A stretch of 64,000 nucleotides of DNA from an uncultured Methanolobus sp. (GTDB lineage Archaea; Halobacteriota; Methanosarcinia; Methanosarcinales; Methanosarcinaceae): assembly GCA_963675495.1 (NCBI GenBank), contig OY776215.1, forward strand, positions 1,152,001 to 1,216,000, written 5' to 3'. This document shows, piece by piece, positions 40,014-50,998 of the stretch. Every line of letters begins with the position of its first letter. The stretch's first letter is position 1. Below the pieces are notes generated by a model. The model had not been told where the DNA came from and made no database searches. It was given only the letters and a program-made list of their open reading frames with translations. A program made the translations under genes and the position numbers.

Positions 40014-42302
40014 ATGAAAAATAATTCCTGCTTCCAAAAAAGACCAAATGCTAAAATTGATGATATCGAAGATATTAAGCTTGTTGATGTCATCGACTTT
40101 TCAGAAATAGGGTCATTGATGGATGATTTTTATCGATTGACCAACATTAGTGCTGGCATCGTAGATCTTAATGGGAATATATTAGTCGCTGCCGGTTGGC
40201 AGGATATCTGTACTAAGTTTCATAGAGCTAATCCCGAAACCTGCAAAAATTGCATCGAAAGCGACATTGAACTATCAAAGGAAATGACCCCCGGATCATT
40301 CAAATATTACCATTGTAAGAATAATATGTGGGACATCGCAACACCTATCGTAGTTGAAGGATTACATATAGGCAACCTTTTTCTGGGACAATTCTTCTTT
40401 GACGATGAAGAAATACCATATGAAACATTCAGGCTTCAGGCACAAAAATATGGTTTCGATGAAGAAGAATACATCGCTGCACTGGAGAAAGTACCGCGCT
40501 GGGATAAAGAAACGGTCAATACGGTGATATCGTTCTATTCTAAACTGACAAATCTGATATCAATAGTAAGTTATAGCAACATCAAACTTACCAGGACCCT
40601 TGAAGAGAGAGAAATAACTATTCAATTACTTAATCTTTTTAGTAAATGTAACGACTTGTCTGAACTTATCCCCTTAGTGACCGAATTGCTGAAAGAATGG
40701 TCTGGCTGCGAAGCTGTTGGAATCAGGATAAGAGAAGGCAATGATTATCCATATCATCAGACAATAGGCTTCCCTGAAACTTTTGTGTATTCTGAAAATT
40801 CACTTTGCACAAAAGATATCAACGGACAGATAATAAGGGATAAACTTGGCAATCCTGTTCTTGAATGCATGTGTGGAAATATTATTAATGGACGTTTTAA
40901 CCCGATGATGCCATTCTTTACCGACAAAGGCAGTTTCTGGACAAATTCGACCACCGAGCTACTAAAAAGTACGAACGAATCAGATAGACTGACACGTACA
41001 CGTAACCGCTGCAATGGAGAAGGTTATGAGTCCATTGCCCTGATACCTCTTAGAAGTCATGGAGAGAACTTTGGACTTATACAGTTCAATGATTCGAGGA
41101 AAGGAGTATTCACTGAGGAAAAAATAACTTTTTGGGAAAGTCTGGCAGACAATATCGCACTGGCACTGGCACAGTTACAGACAAATAAGAAGTTACAAGA
41201 AAGCGAGAGCAGAATCAAAAGTATCTTCAAAGCAGCACCTATAGGCATAGGTGTTGTAACTGATCGAATAATCTCACACGCTAATAAACATGTATGTGAA
41301 ATGTCAGGATATAGTTCTGAAGAACTTGTTGGAAAAAGTTCCCGAATATTATACCCTACTCAGGAAGAGTATGATTATGTAGGGAAGGTTAAATACGGAC
41401 TTATAAGTGAAAGCGGCACTGGCACTGTGGAAACTCGCTGGAAAAGAAAAGATGGTAGCATAATAAATATACTCTTATCGTCAGCACCCATAGATAATTC
41501 AGACCTATCAAATTGTGTGACTTTCACTTCACTGGACATAACCGAACGCAAAAAAGCAGAAGAAGCATTACTGTACTCAAAGGTCGTTTCGGATGATAAT
41601 AACCGTATTAAGAGCGAATTCATGAAAACTGTATCCCATGAACTCAGAACACCTCTGACATCAGTTATCGGATTTTCGGATATTTTACTGGAACAGGATT
41701 CTGAAGGGCTAAATGATGCACAAAGAAGCTACGTCGAATACATTCATAATAGCGGAAAAGATCTACTGGGGCTAATAAATAAAATACTTGATTTTTCAAA
41801 ATATGAAATTGAAGATCTGGATGCAATTAGCTATAAAGAAATTTCATTGAACAAACTTATTAATGAAATCATGATGTTGATGTACCAAAAAGCTGCAAAC
41901 AAGAATATTAACATTATATTAAAAAGAAAAGAGTCAATCGAGAAATTCTATGCTGATGAAGACAAGTTGACTCAGATACTACATAATCTTCTGGACAATG
42001 CTGTTAAGTTCACAAACAACGGGGGTTCAGTGACTATTGAGACAAAAAAACGTAATCATATGCTTCAAGTCTCTGTAACTGACACTGGAATTGGAATTGA
42101 GAATGAGAATATAGAAAATATATTCAAACCCTTTGTACAAATTGACGGCTCTATCACCCGAAAATATAGTGGTGCAGGAATAAGTCTGGCACTGACAAAG
42201 AAATTCTTAGATCTTCATGGTGGCAGCATCTGGGTCAGCAGTGAACCTGGAAAAGGGAGTATTTTTACTTTTGAGATACCTATCAATGCAAAAGACTACT
42301 AA
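40014..42302 (+). CDS. Sensor histidine kinase: PocR + GAF + PAS + HisKA + HATPase
   Basis: PocR GWQDICTKFHR...C.ESD...CKNNMWD...GQFF; SHELRTPL, NLLDNAVKFT, DTGIGI. Confidence 0.93.
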   Translation: MKNNSCFQKRPNAKIDDIEDIKLVDVIDFSEIGSLMDDFYRLTNISAGIVDLNGNILVAAGWQDICTKFHRANPETCKNCIESDIELSKEMTPGSFKYYHCKNNMWDIATPIVVEGLHIGNLFLGQFFFDDEEIPYETFRLQAQKYGFDEEEYIAALEKVPRWDKETVNTVISFYSKLTNLISIVSYSNIKLTRTLEEREITIQLLNLFSKCNDLSELIPLVTELLKEWSGCEAVGIRIREGNDYPYHQTIGFPETFVYSENSLCTKDINGQIIRDKLGNPVLECMCGNIINGRFNPMMPFFTDKGSFWTNSTTELLKSTNESDRLTRTRNRCNGEGYESIALIPLRSHGENFGLIQFNDSRKGVFTEEKITFWESLADNIALALAQLQTNKKLQESESRIKSIFKAAPIGIGVVTDRIISHANKHVCEMSGYSSEELVGKSSRILYPTQEEYDYVGKVKYGLISESGTGTVETRWKRKDGSIINILLSSAPIDNSDLSNCVTFTSLDITERKKAEEALLYSKVVSDDNNRIKSEFMKTVSHELRTPLTSVIGFSDILLEQDSEGLNDAQRSYVEYIHNSGKDLLGLINKILDFSKYEIEDLDAISYKEISLNKLINEIMMLMYQKAANKNINIILKRKESIEKFYADEDKLTQILHNLLDNAVKFTNNGGSVTIETKKRNHMLQVSVTDTGIGIENENIENIFKPFVQIDGSITRKYSGAGISLALTKKFLDLHGGSIWVSSEPGKGSIFTFEIPINAKDY

Positions 42303-42453
42303 AGGATCCCATTTTCATTGGATAATATAATAATAACAAATCATATTGCTTCTTTAACTGCATTTCTATTTAGATTATTTTCACCCTGCTTACAACACTA
42401 TTATTAACCAGATTGACAATATACATTTCTCTTAATTAAAGGACGAGAAAATA

Positions 42454-42882
42454 ATGGATGAAAAAAAACAGATATACTTAGCAGGGCCACTTTTTTCACA
42501 GGCAGAGAGGGATTTCAATATACTGCTAAGGGACAGGCTGGTGGAAATGGGGTTCGCTGTATTCCTTCCTCAGGAGGATGGGAACGACACGCAGTTCAGC
42601 CGCATGGAAGATCGGCAGAGAATTATTTTTGAAAATGATGTCCGTGGAATAGATGGATCTGACATCGTGGTGGCAGTACTGGATGGTGGCAGTGACGTAG
42701 ACTCAGGAACTGCATGGGAAATGGGATATGCCTATGCAAAAGGGATGCCGGTCCTTGGTCTAAAAACCGATTTCAGGACCTTCGGAGATGAAGGCGTTAT
42801 TAATCTCATGATGGGAGTATCGGTTGATGCACTTGAGAGGGATATTGAAGGAATCCTCAAAGTGCTTGAAAACTATCTTTAA
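42454..42882 (+). CDS. Nucleoside 2-deoxyribosyltransferase family protein
   Basis: IYLAGPLFS.AE, FLPQE, DSGTAWEMGYAYA, NLM. Confidence 0.92.
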   Translation: MDEKKQIYLAGPLFSQAERDFNILLRDRLVEMGFAVFLPQEDGNDTQFSRMEDRQRIIFENDVRGIDGSDIVVAVLDGGSDVDSGTAWEMGYAYAKGMPVLGLKTDFRTFGDEGVINLMMGVSVDALERDIEGILKVLENYL

Positions 42883-42913
42883 ATTGAAAAGGAATTTAAA
42901 ATTTATTCGAACC

Positions 42914-43549
42914 TTATTTACTTGAACACATTTTATCGTTGAAATCTTTTTCAACGATCGCCCCATTAGGCTCTGTTTCAGAGAATATCTGTCCTTCAAA
43001 AGAATACACTTCTGCACCCGTCACCCATGCATCATGTGGAAGACCGGCTTTCATGCATGTGTGATTCAGGAACTCGATCTCATCAAAGTCATTTTCCGGT
43101 GCCACCTGTGGCAAAAGCAAACCCTGCCTGTAACCGCTTTTGACTATAAGCCCATGTCGTCCTACCTTAATAGAAAATGGAAGGTCCTTTGGCGGGACAT
43201 CGACAAGTTCAGGTTTGGTGAGAATGGTCACCTCAACCGCAATACTGCTCATTTCATTAACACGCACCGCAGGGAAGCGAGGGTCCCGCAGAGCCGCGGA
43301 AAGAGCGGAGTCTGTGATAGCGTACCTGAGTGGAGAATCAGCATAAGGATGACCGATACAACCTCGCAGATCTCCATTTACCGTCAGAGTCACAAAGACC
43401 CCCCTTACCTCATTGAATATTTCAGGAAGCTGGATCTCCGAGCCATCCATCATCTCGCCGGTCCTCAAATAAGTTTCAATCGCATCCCTTGCAAGCTGAA
43501 CAGCCGCCTGACCTTCGGTGTTTGAAAGTAATTTTACCCCTTCACTCAT
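42914..43549 (-). CDS. AMMECR1 domain protein
   Basis: GVFVTL, LRGCIG, DPRFP, GRHGL, GLLLPQVA, CMKAGL. Confidence 0.95.
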   Translation of the reverse strand: MSEGVKLLSNTEGQAAVQLARDAIETYLRTGEMMDGSEIQLPEIFNEVRGVFVTLTVNGDLRGCIGHPYADSPLRYAITDSALSAALRDPRFPAVRVNEMSSIAVEVTILTKPELVDVPPKDLPFSIKVGRHGLIVKSGYRQGLLLPQVAPENDFDEIEFLNHTCMKAGLPHDAWVTGAEVYSFEGQIFSETEPNGAIVEKDFNDKMCSSK

Positions 43550-43587
43550 ACTAAAACTCCTGTTACTCTTAACAGGAAATTATTACC

Positions 43588-44856
43588 TTATCTGTTAAGT
43601 CTGTATCGTGTGGCCGCGATCTTCAGAGCCTCTATTCCCGCCAGAGCATCGCCTGCGAGGTAGTCGATACATGCGCCACCACCTGTGCTCAAGTGTGAGA
43701 AATCATCTTCATAACCAAGATTTCTTATCTCTGCGGAGATATGTCCGCCACCTGCAATAGAGTACTCGGAATTTATTGCTGCCTTGATTATCTCATGCGT
43801 ACCAAGAGCAAAAGGCTCAATCTCAGACAGACCGGCAGGACCATTGAGAACAACGGTTTTTGCATTCTTGATCTCTTCTGAAAAAGCAACTATAGTCTCG
43901 AGACCAATATCATTTATTGGCAAATTATTATCCGGCAGTTCACTCACATTAGCCTCAACGCGTTTGCCACCATCATTAAAAGCAACATCTATTGGATAAC
44001 CAATCTTCCCATTGAATTTATCAAGAACCTGTTTTGCCCTTGCTATCTGGTCCGTATATCCCTGTGACTCAATGAAATCCAGATTCACCTGGCCGATATC
44101 CACACCTGCGGCCGCAAGCATGACATTGGCAACAACCCCAGTAACAAGCACACGGTCAGCACCACCATTGAGAAGTACATTTTCCGCAACTTTCAGGGAG
44201 TCATCGACCTTCGCGCCACCAAGCACAAAGATACATGGTCGTTCACCACCTTTGATACCCCTGTCAAGAGAGTTTATTTCTTTCTCCATCACCCTACCGG
44301 CACCTGTTGGTAAACTTTCAGTAAAGCCCATGATCGAAAGATGGCTTCTGTGAGAAACTGCAAATGCATCATTAAGAAAAATATCAATGAGTGGAGAGAG
44401 TTTACGTACCATGTGAGTGGTTGCATGATCACTGGCAGGCCTTTGCATACTTTCTTCAGAGTAGAACCTTACATTCTCAAGTAATATAACATCGCCTTTT
44501 TCCATCGATGAAATAGAAGACCTCGCATAAGTGCCAAAGATATCGTCAATATACTTTACCTCTTTCCCGAGATATTGAGACATGCGTACAGAATGAGGTT
44601 TCATGGTAGTGAAATCCATTTTTCCTGCTCTACTCTGATGAGCCAATAGCACAACCTTTGCATCTTCAAGATCTTTTATAGTAGGTATATGACTCTTTAT
44701 CCTCATGTCATCGAGAATATGTCCTTCGGTGTCCATCGGAGTGTTCAAATCCACCCTCACAAGTATGGTTTTACCGTCCACATCAAAATCATCAATAGTA
44801 AGATAGTCCCTGGTAGTCAAAATTCCATCACCGCTTCTTTTAACCTGAATGACCAT
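43588..44856 (-). CDS. pgk: Phosphoglycerate kinase
   Basis: VRVDLN.P, LLENVRF, NDAFAVSHR, LGGAKV, HLSTGGGA. Confidence 0.97.
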   Translation of the reverse strand: MVIQVKRSGDGILTTRDYLTIDDFDVDGKTILVRVDLNTPMDTEGHILDDMRIKSHIPTIKDLEDAKVVLLAHQSRAGKMDFTTMKPHSVRMSQYLGKEVKYIDDIFGTYARSSISSMEKGDVILLENVRFYSEESMQRPASDHATTHMVRKLSPLIDIFLNDAFAVSHRSHLSIMGFTESLPTGAGRVMEKEINSLDRGIKGGERPCIFVLGGAKVDDSLKVAENVLLNGGADRVLVTGVVANVMLAAAGVDIGQVNLDFIESQGYTDQIARAKQVLDKFNGKIGYPIDVAFNDGGKRVEANVSELPDNNLPINDIGLETIVAFSEEIKNAKTVVLNGPAGLSEIEPFALGTHEIIKAAINSEYSIAGGGHISAEIRNLGYEDDFSHLSTGGGACIDYLAGDALAGIEALKIAATRYRLNR

Positions 44857-45005
44857 TGATCAATATAGAATTATTAGTAAGAATATAAATGACGTTTGTA
44901 GTTTAATTTTTTGTCTAAATGAACTAATCTTATTATACCTTTTCCATAAGGATACAAAAGCCAAAAACTAATATCTGTTGCTTCCTATTCCACAGTGGTG
45001 ATCAT

Positions 45006-45569
45006 ATGAAGATACTTGGAATATCAGGAAGCCCTAAAGCTGGCCAGAATAACGATACATTAATTAATAAAGTGCTGGACATCGCAAGTGAAAGAGGTTT
45101 TGAAACTGATTCAGTATTTATTTCCTCATCCAAAATTGCCCCCTGCACTGCATGTGGAGTCTGCGCCAAAGGCGAAAGATGCGTTATTGATGATGATATG
45201 CAGCCCGTTTATGACAAACTTCTCGAGGCTGATGCGATCGTAGTATCATCACCTGTTTACTTTGGAACAATGACAGCACAGCTAAAAGCTCTTTGTGACA
45301 GGAGTGTCGTACACAGGAGACAGGGATTCAAGCTCAGCAACAAACTGGGTGCTGCCATGGCGATCGGTGGCTCAAGGAACGGCGGGCAGGAGAAGACCAT
45401 CCAGACAATACATGAATGGATGCACATACACGGAATGATAGTGATAGGCGATGGCGGACATTTTGGAGGCATACTCAAAAAGCCAGCTGCTGAAGATGAA
45501 GAAGGCATGAAGACCGCAGTTGACACTATCAACAAAGTCTGTGATGTTCTTGAAATGATGAAGAAATGA
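45006..45569 (+). CDS. Iron-sulfur flavoprotein / flavodoxin-fold NAD(P)H-FMN reductase family
   Basis: ILGISGSP, CTACGVCAKGERC cluster motif, SPVYFG, GGSRNGGQE. Confidence 0.92.
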   Translation: MKILGISGSPKAGQNNDTLINKVLDIASERGFETDSVFISSSKIAPCTACGVCAKGERCVIDDDMQPVYDKLLEADAIVVSSPVYFGTMTAQLKALCDRSVVHRRQGFKLSNKLGAAMAIGGSRNGGQEKTIQTIHEWMHIHGMIVIGDGGHFGGILKKPAAEDEEGMKTAVDTINKVCDVLEMMKK

Positions 45570-45712
45570 ATTATTCTTCACATTTTTAGTCTCTTTTTTA
45601 GGGTCTTAGCACCCTTTCTTTTTCTTTGATTTACATACCCACATGACAAACCATATAAACAAATTGATATAATTGTATTACAGGAATATTTTTCCGTTAC
45701 GTGGGTGCTATC

Positions 45713-47653
45713 ATGGGAGAAAACACAGACCAATCTCAAAAAAACATAACCGGATTCAAACCACCGGAAGATTTTGCCAGAAATGCAATCGTCAACGACC
45801 CTGAAATATACAGGAAGGCTGAAGAAGATCCGGAAAGTTTCTGGGAAGAGAATGCCAATGGCATTGAATGGTACCGGAAATGGAACAAAGTACTGGAATG
45901 GGAACCACCTCATTCAAAATGGTTTCTCGGGGGCAAAATAAACGCATGTTACAACTGTCTTGATGTGAATCTGAAGCAACGTGCCGATAAGACCGCCATA
46001 ATATGGGAAGGTGAAAGCGGAGATATCCGTAAATACACTTACAAGGAACTACTGAAAGAGGTTTCCCGTTTTGCAAATGTCCTTAAAGATATGGGAGTCA
46101 GCAAAGGAGATATTGTAACCATATATCTTCCGATGATACCTGAAGTTGTTATTGCTATGCTTGCATGTGCACGTATAGGAGCACCCCATAGTGTGGTCTT
46201 TGCTGCCTTTTCAGGAGAATCACTTGCCACGCGAATCGGGAATGCAAACAGCAAAGTCCTCATAACCTGTGACGGATACTCGCGCAGGGGAAAGACAGTC
46301 GAACAAAAGAACAAGGTTGACGATGGTATCCGCTCCTGCGGACTTCTGGACAAGGTCATTGTTGTCAAGCACCAGGGGAACGACGTTTCCATGAAAGAAG
46401 GAAGAGATATCTGGTGGCATGATGTAATGAAAGGCTCCGATAGTTCATGCGAACCCGAGGTAATGGACTCAGAGGATATGCTTTTTTTGATGTACACCAG
46501 CGGTACCACAGGCAAACCAAAAGGAATTGTGCATACAACTGGTGGTTACATGGTTGCAACCCATACTACCACAAAATTCGTTTTTGACCTTAAAGAAGAT
46601 GACATATACTGGTGTACCGCTGATTGCGGATGGATAACAGGACATTCCTATCTGGTCTACGGACCACTGTCAAATGGAACAACCCTTGTAATGTATGAAG
46701 GTGCCCCGGATTATCCTGATAAGGACAGATACTGGGACATGATCGAGAGACATAAGATAACTATCCTTTACACCGCACCCACGGCCATTAGAACATTTAT
46801 GAAATGGGGAGAATCCTGGCCGCAAATGCACGACATATCCACGCTAAGACTTATCGGTTCTGTAGGTGAACCCATCAATCCAGGTGCATGGCTGTGGTAT
46901 CATGAGAACATAGGAATGGGTAAATGTCCTGTACTCGATACCTGGTGGCAGACAGAGACCGGAATGATAATGATATCCTCCCTGCCGGGAATAACAACTA
47001 CAAAACCTGGAAGTGCCACAATGCCTCTGCCCGGAATCAAAGCGGCAGTTCTGGATGAGGACGGCAATGAAGTACCTGCAGGTCAGAATGGCTATCTTGC
47101 AGTCCTGAAACCCTGGCCCAGCATGGTCCGCACAGTATTGGGAAACGAGAAACGATTCATTGAGACCTATTGGAGCAAGTGGGACAATAAAACCTACTTC
47201 GCAGGTGATGGTGCCAAGAGAGACGAAGATGGTTATTTCTGGATAATAGGGCGTGTAGATGACGTTATCAAAGTATCAGGCCATCGCATAGGAAGTGCCG
47301 AATTTGAAAGTATACTCGTATCACATCCTTCAGTTGCAGAAGCCGGTGTTGTAGGAAAGGAAGATGAACTTCGAGGTGAAGTGATATACTGTTACGTTAC
47401 TCTCAAATCAGGCATAGAGGAAAGTGATGAGCTTAAAAAAGAACTCACAGCCTATGTTGCAAAGAACATCGGACCCTTTGCACGCCCAAAACAGATAATG
47501 TTCTCAGATGACCTTCCCAAAACCAGAAGTGGAAAGATCATGAGAAGAGTGCTCAAAGCAATTGCAAATGAAAAGGATCCGGGAGACGTTACTACTCTGC
47601 AGGATCCTGCTGTTGTGGAAACGCTAAAAGAGAAAACAAAGATGTTGAAATAA
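45713..47653 (+). CDS. acs: Acetyl-CoA synthetase (AMP-forming)
   Basis: YTSGTTGKPKG, WCTADCGWITGHSY, SVGEPINP, DTWWQTETG, PKTRSGKIMRR. Confidence 0.96.
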   Translation: MGENTDQSQKNITGFKPPEDFARNAIVNDPEIYRKAEEDPESFWEENANGIEWYRKWNKVLEWEPPHSKWFLGGKINACYNCLDVNLKQRADKTAIIWEGESGDIRKYTYKELLKEVSRFANVLKDMGVSKGDIVTIYLPMIPEVVIAMLACARIGAPHSVVFAAFSGESLATRIGNANSKVLITCDGYSRRGKTVEQKNKVDDGIRSCGLLDKVIVVKHQGNDVSMKEGRDIWWHDVMKGSDSSCEPEVMDSEDMLFLMYTSGTTGKPKGIVHTTGGYMVATHTTTKFVFDLKEDDIYWCTADCGWITGHSYLVYGPLSNGTTLVMYEGAPDYPDKDRYWDMIERHKITILYTAPTAIRTFMKWGESWPQMHDISTLRLIGSVGEPINPGAWLWYHENIGMGKCPVLDTWWQTETGMIMISSLPGITTTKPGSATMPLPGIKAAVLDEDGNEVPAGQNGYLAVLKPWPSMVRTVLGNEKRFIETYWSKWDNKTYFAGDGAKRDEDGYFWIIGRVDDVIKVSGHRIGSAEFESILVSHPSVAEAGVVGKEDELRGEVIYCYVTLKSGIEESDELKKELTAYVAKNIGPFARPKQIMFSDDLPKTRSGKIMRRVLKAIANEKDPGDVTTLQDPAVVETLKEKTKMLK

Positions 47654-47670
47654 TCTCAAAACAGGAGAAC

Positions 47671-47700
47671 AGGAGATTTAACTATCTCCTTCATTTTTTA
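47671..47700 (+). terminator. Hairpin/T-tract between convergent acs and DRTGG genes
   Basis: AGGAGAT-6nt-ATCTCCT followed by TCATTTTTT. Confidence 0.55.
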
Positions 47701-47706
47701 TAGTTA

Positions 47707-48783
47707 TCATTTAAGTTCAATGCCTATACTCTCTGCGATTGCAGGGATATCGAGATGATTTTTCAGAAGCTCAACTATTCTTTCCAGCTTGACCTGTTGT
47801 TTTATATGAGCATGTCCTATGAGGTGCTCCATTCTCTCAATGGTATTCATAGTATCACCACGTACAAGGATAACAGGTATCTCTGCTTCCTCAGCGCTTG
47901 CAAGAACCGCACCACTTGGGCGCATATTGCCTGTAAGTATCAGACACTTAACTCTTGATTCAATGGCAGCCATATGCAGATCTGCCCTGTCACCACCTGT
48001 AATGACTGCGCTGTTAGGCTGACGCCTGAAGTACTTAATAGCAGAGCCAACTTCCATTGCACCCACCAGATAGTGCTCCACAAGCTGGTCCAGTCTGTCC
48101 GGTGCCACAAGAACCTCAGCATGAAGGTCCTCAACTATCTCAGATATAGATACCGAACGCAGGGTATCATCTTCATGAATGGTACCAAATACCCTTATGC
48201 CTTTTTTCTCAAGGAATGGAACCACAAGTTCAGACACTCTGTCTTCCATGTTGCTGGGAACTTCATTGAGTACCAGACCAGTGAGCATATCATCATCCCC
48301 GATGATGCGCATATCGCACAATATACGGTCTACTGCAGAAATTGAATCAAAACGTGTTACAAGAAGCATCTTCATACCCAGTTTAGAGGCAATCTCAGGG
48401 TCTGAAAGGCCATACATAGAACCTCCACCAATGCCCCCGGTGCCCTCTACAAGTACAATATCCCTATCCTTTGATATTACCGAGTAAGCCTCCATAAGTT
48501 TTTCGTTCAGGTCTTTTTCCACACCCTTCAGAGCGTCATCAATGAGGCTATCAGTCAAATGAATAGGAGTTATGTACTTAGCCGGATCATCGATCCCAAG
48601 TAATTTTTTGATGCCTTCTGAATCTTCATCTGTGAGGGAACCCTGTACATCTATCAGGAGATTCCCCACAGGTTTCATATAGCCGACTTTCAGACCACTA
48701 TCCTGGAAGATCTTCCCCAATCCCATACATATAGAACTCTTACCCGAGAACTCTTCTGATGAACTAATCAATATTGAAACCAT
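47707..48783 (-). CDS. Phosphotransacetylase N-terminal-like protein (BioD-like P-loop + DRTGG)
   Basis: FSGKS, GYMKPVG, VLVEG, VGAM, ITGGDRAD, LILTG; no Pta catalytic domain. Confidence 0.9.
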   Translation of the reverse strand: MVSILISSSEEFSGKSSICMGLGKIFQDSGLKVGYMKPVGNLLIDVQGSLTDEDSEGIKKLLGIDDPAKYITPIHLTDSLIDDALKGVEKDLNEKLMEAYSVISKDRDIVLVEGTGGIGGGSMYGLSDPEIASKLGMKMLLVTRFDSISAVDRILCDMRIIGDDDMLTGLVLNEVPSNMEDRVSELVVPFLEKKGIRVFGTIHEDDTLRSVSISEIVEDLHAEVLVAPDRLDQLVEHYLVGAMEVGSAIKYFRRQPNSAVITGGDRADLHMAAIESRVKCLILTGNMRPSGAVLASAEEAEIPVILVRGDTMNTIERMEHLIGHAHIKQQVKLERIVELLKNHLDIPAIAESIGIELK

Positions 48784-48803
48784 ACTATCGTCTCCTTAAA
48801 CTC

Positions 48804-50897
48804 TTAACTATCCAGGGTGAACCTGATATCCATTGCAACACACCCTTCACCTTCGGGCATAACCATTAAAGGATTAATTTCAAACTCCAGTATTTCCGGA
48901 AAATCCGTGACCAATTGCGAAACCTTTAGCAAGGTCTGAATTATCGAATCAATGTCTGATGATGCCTCACCCCTCACCCCCGCTATGAGTGGGTAGGTCT
49001 TAATAGAAGATACCATGTGTTTTGCCTCTGTAACTGTTATAGGGGCAACTGCAAACGAAACGTCTTTCAGGAACTCGACATACGTGCCGCCAAGACCGAA
49101 CATTAACAATGGACCAAACTGTGGGTCCCTATCCATGCCTATGATTACCTCTTTTCCTCCATTTATCATCTGTTGGAGCTGCACACCCGTAACAATGGCA
49201 TCCGGCATGTAGTGCCTCACATCGGACATCATGGAATTGTACGCACGCTCTATATCATCCGCATGTTCAAGGTTCAGGCGGATACCTCCGACATCAGTTT
49301 TATGTGAAATGTCAGGAGACAGTATTTTCATGACAACCGGATAACCCATATCTTCTGCCGCTTTTATGGCTTCAGGAAGTGTTTTTGCAATTTTGGATTC
49401 CACGACTGGAATGTCATATGCTTTGAGTATATCCATAGACTCAAGACCATGTGTCCTTCTCTTTTGTGATGATACACCGTCTATGAACGAGCGGGCAAAT
49501 GTTGTGTCAGAATCCTGTATTGCCGGTTGTTCCTGTTTACGAGTCCTTATGGTATGGTAGTTACAGAGAGCATTCATACTAGCAACTGCTCTTTCAGAAG
49601 AAGAGTAATTTGGAATTCCATACCTTGTGAGGACTTCCTCACCGGCAGCTATTCGACTGCCACCTGCAAAATTGCACAATATTGGCTTCTTTGATTTCTT
49701 TATTTTCTCTGCTACCTTTTCAGCAATACCCGGTACATCTGTCATTGCCTGTGGAGACACCAGGACAATTATACCATTTACATTGATGTCTTCCAGAACA
49801 GTATCAAGAGCATGTTCATATAGATCAGCACCTGCATCCCCAAGGACATCCACCGGGTCATAGAAGTTAGCTGCGGGAGGCATTTTTTCCCGTAATTTTT
49901 CAACTGTAGCTTCTTCAAAGGAAGCTATTGAAAGCCCTGCATTGTAACACGCATCAGCAGTGAGGATACCCAGACCGCCTGCATTAGTTATTATGGCTAT
50001 GTTCCTACCCTCTGGCAACGGGCAGCCTGAGAATGCGCGGCTGTAGTCAAGCATCTCTTCCAGCGAGTCGGCACGGATGACACCACCCTGTTTAAAAGCT
50101 GCATTATAGGCAGCATCCGAGCCTGCCAACGTACCCGTGTGTGAGGATACTGCCCGGGAACCAACTGAAGTTCTTCCGGACTTGACAATGATAATTGGTT
50201 TTGAGCGGGATACACGTTGTGCAATTTGTATGAACTGCGGACCGTCTTTGACACCCTCAAGGTAAGCTGCAATAACCGCTGTTGAAGGGTCATTTTCAAA
50301 CAACTGCAAGAAATCATTCTCTGCCAGAACCGCCTTGTTACCAAGACTTATGAACTTTGAAAAACCAACACCTAGCCTCTCGGCCCAGTCAAGTGTTACA
50401 GTACATATTGCACCGGATTGAGACATCATTGCGATGTTTCCTTCATAAGCCATGTTGGCTGCAAAGGAAGCATTAAGACCTGAAGCAGTATCTATAATAC
50501 CCAGACAGTTAGGACCAATCATTTTCATGCCATACTGGTCACAAATAGATATGCACTCACGTTCAAGACGTGCACCTTCAACACCGGCTTCTTTAAAGCC
50601 TGCAGAAATAATAATTATGTTTTCTATTCCAGCCTTGCCACATTCCTCAACAGAAGTCGGCACCACCCTTGCAGGAACAACAATCACAGCAAGATCTGCT
50701 TTTAGGTCATTCGGAACATTCATTATATTATGATAACATGGTATCCCAAGTATCTCATCAACGTTGGGATTTATTGGTATGATCTTAAGATCACTGCTCT
50801 GCATCAGGTTTTCAAGTACGGCTCTTCCGACCTTTCCTTTTGTTCTGGAAGCACCTATTACAGCTACAATATTAGGATTGAACATTTTTTCCAGCAT
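48804..50897 (-). CDS. Acetate--CoA ligase (ADP-forming), fused alpha-beta
   Basis: VAVIGAS, IGPNCLG, SQSGA, SHTGTLAG phospho-His, TNAGGLG, ATP-grasp HKTDVGGI, DPQFGP, EINPL. Confidence 0.92.
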   Translation of the reverse strand: MLEKMFNPNIVAVIGASRTKGKVGRAVLENLMQSSDLKIIPINPNVDEILGIPCYHNIMNVPNDLKADLAVIVVPARVVPTSVEECGKAGIENIIIISAGFKEAGVEGARLERECISICDQYGMKMIGPNCLGIIDTASGLNASFAANMAYEGNIAMMSQSGAICTVTLDWAERLGVGFSKFISLGNKAVLAENDFLQLFENDPSTAVIAAYLEGVKDGPQFIQIAQRVSRSKPIIIVKSGRTSVGSRAVSSHTGTLAGSDAAYNAAFKQGGVIRADSLEEMLDYSRAFSGCPLPEGRNIAIITNAGGLGILTADACYNAGLSIASFEEATVEKLREKMPPAANFYDPVDVLGDAGADLYEHALDTVLEDINVNGIIVLVSPQAMTDVPGIAEKVAEKIKKSKKPILCNFAGGSRIAAGEEVLTRYGIPNYSSSERAVASMNALCNYHTIRTRKQEQPAIQDSDTTFARSFIDGVSSQKRRTHGLESMDILKAYDIPVVESKIAKTLPEAIKAAEDMGYPVVMKILSPDISHKTDVGGIRLNLEHADDIERAYNSMMSDVRHYMPDAIVTGVQLQQMINGGKEVIIGMDRDPQFGPLLMFGLGGTYVEFLKDVSFAVAPITVTEAKHMVSSIKTYPLIAGVRGEASSDIDSIIQTLLKVSQLVTDFPEILEFEINPLMVMPEGEGCVAMDIRFTLDS

Positions 50898-50998
50898 GAT
50901 TTCTCCCTGAAATATTCCCTTTTAATTAATACAGTTCAATAATAGATAAAACTAAGGGGAAATAGAAAAATAAGGAAAGTTCAAACTTTTACAATTGT

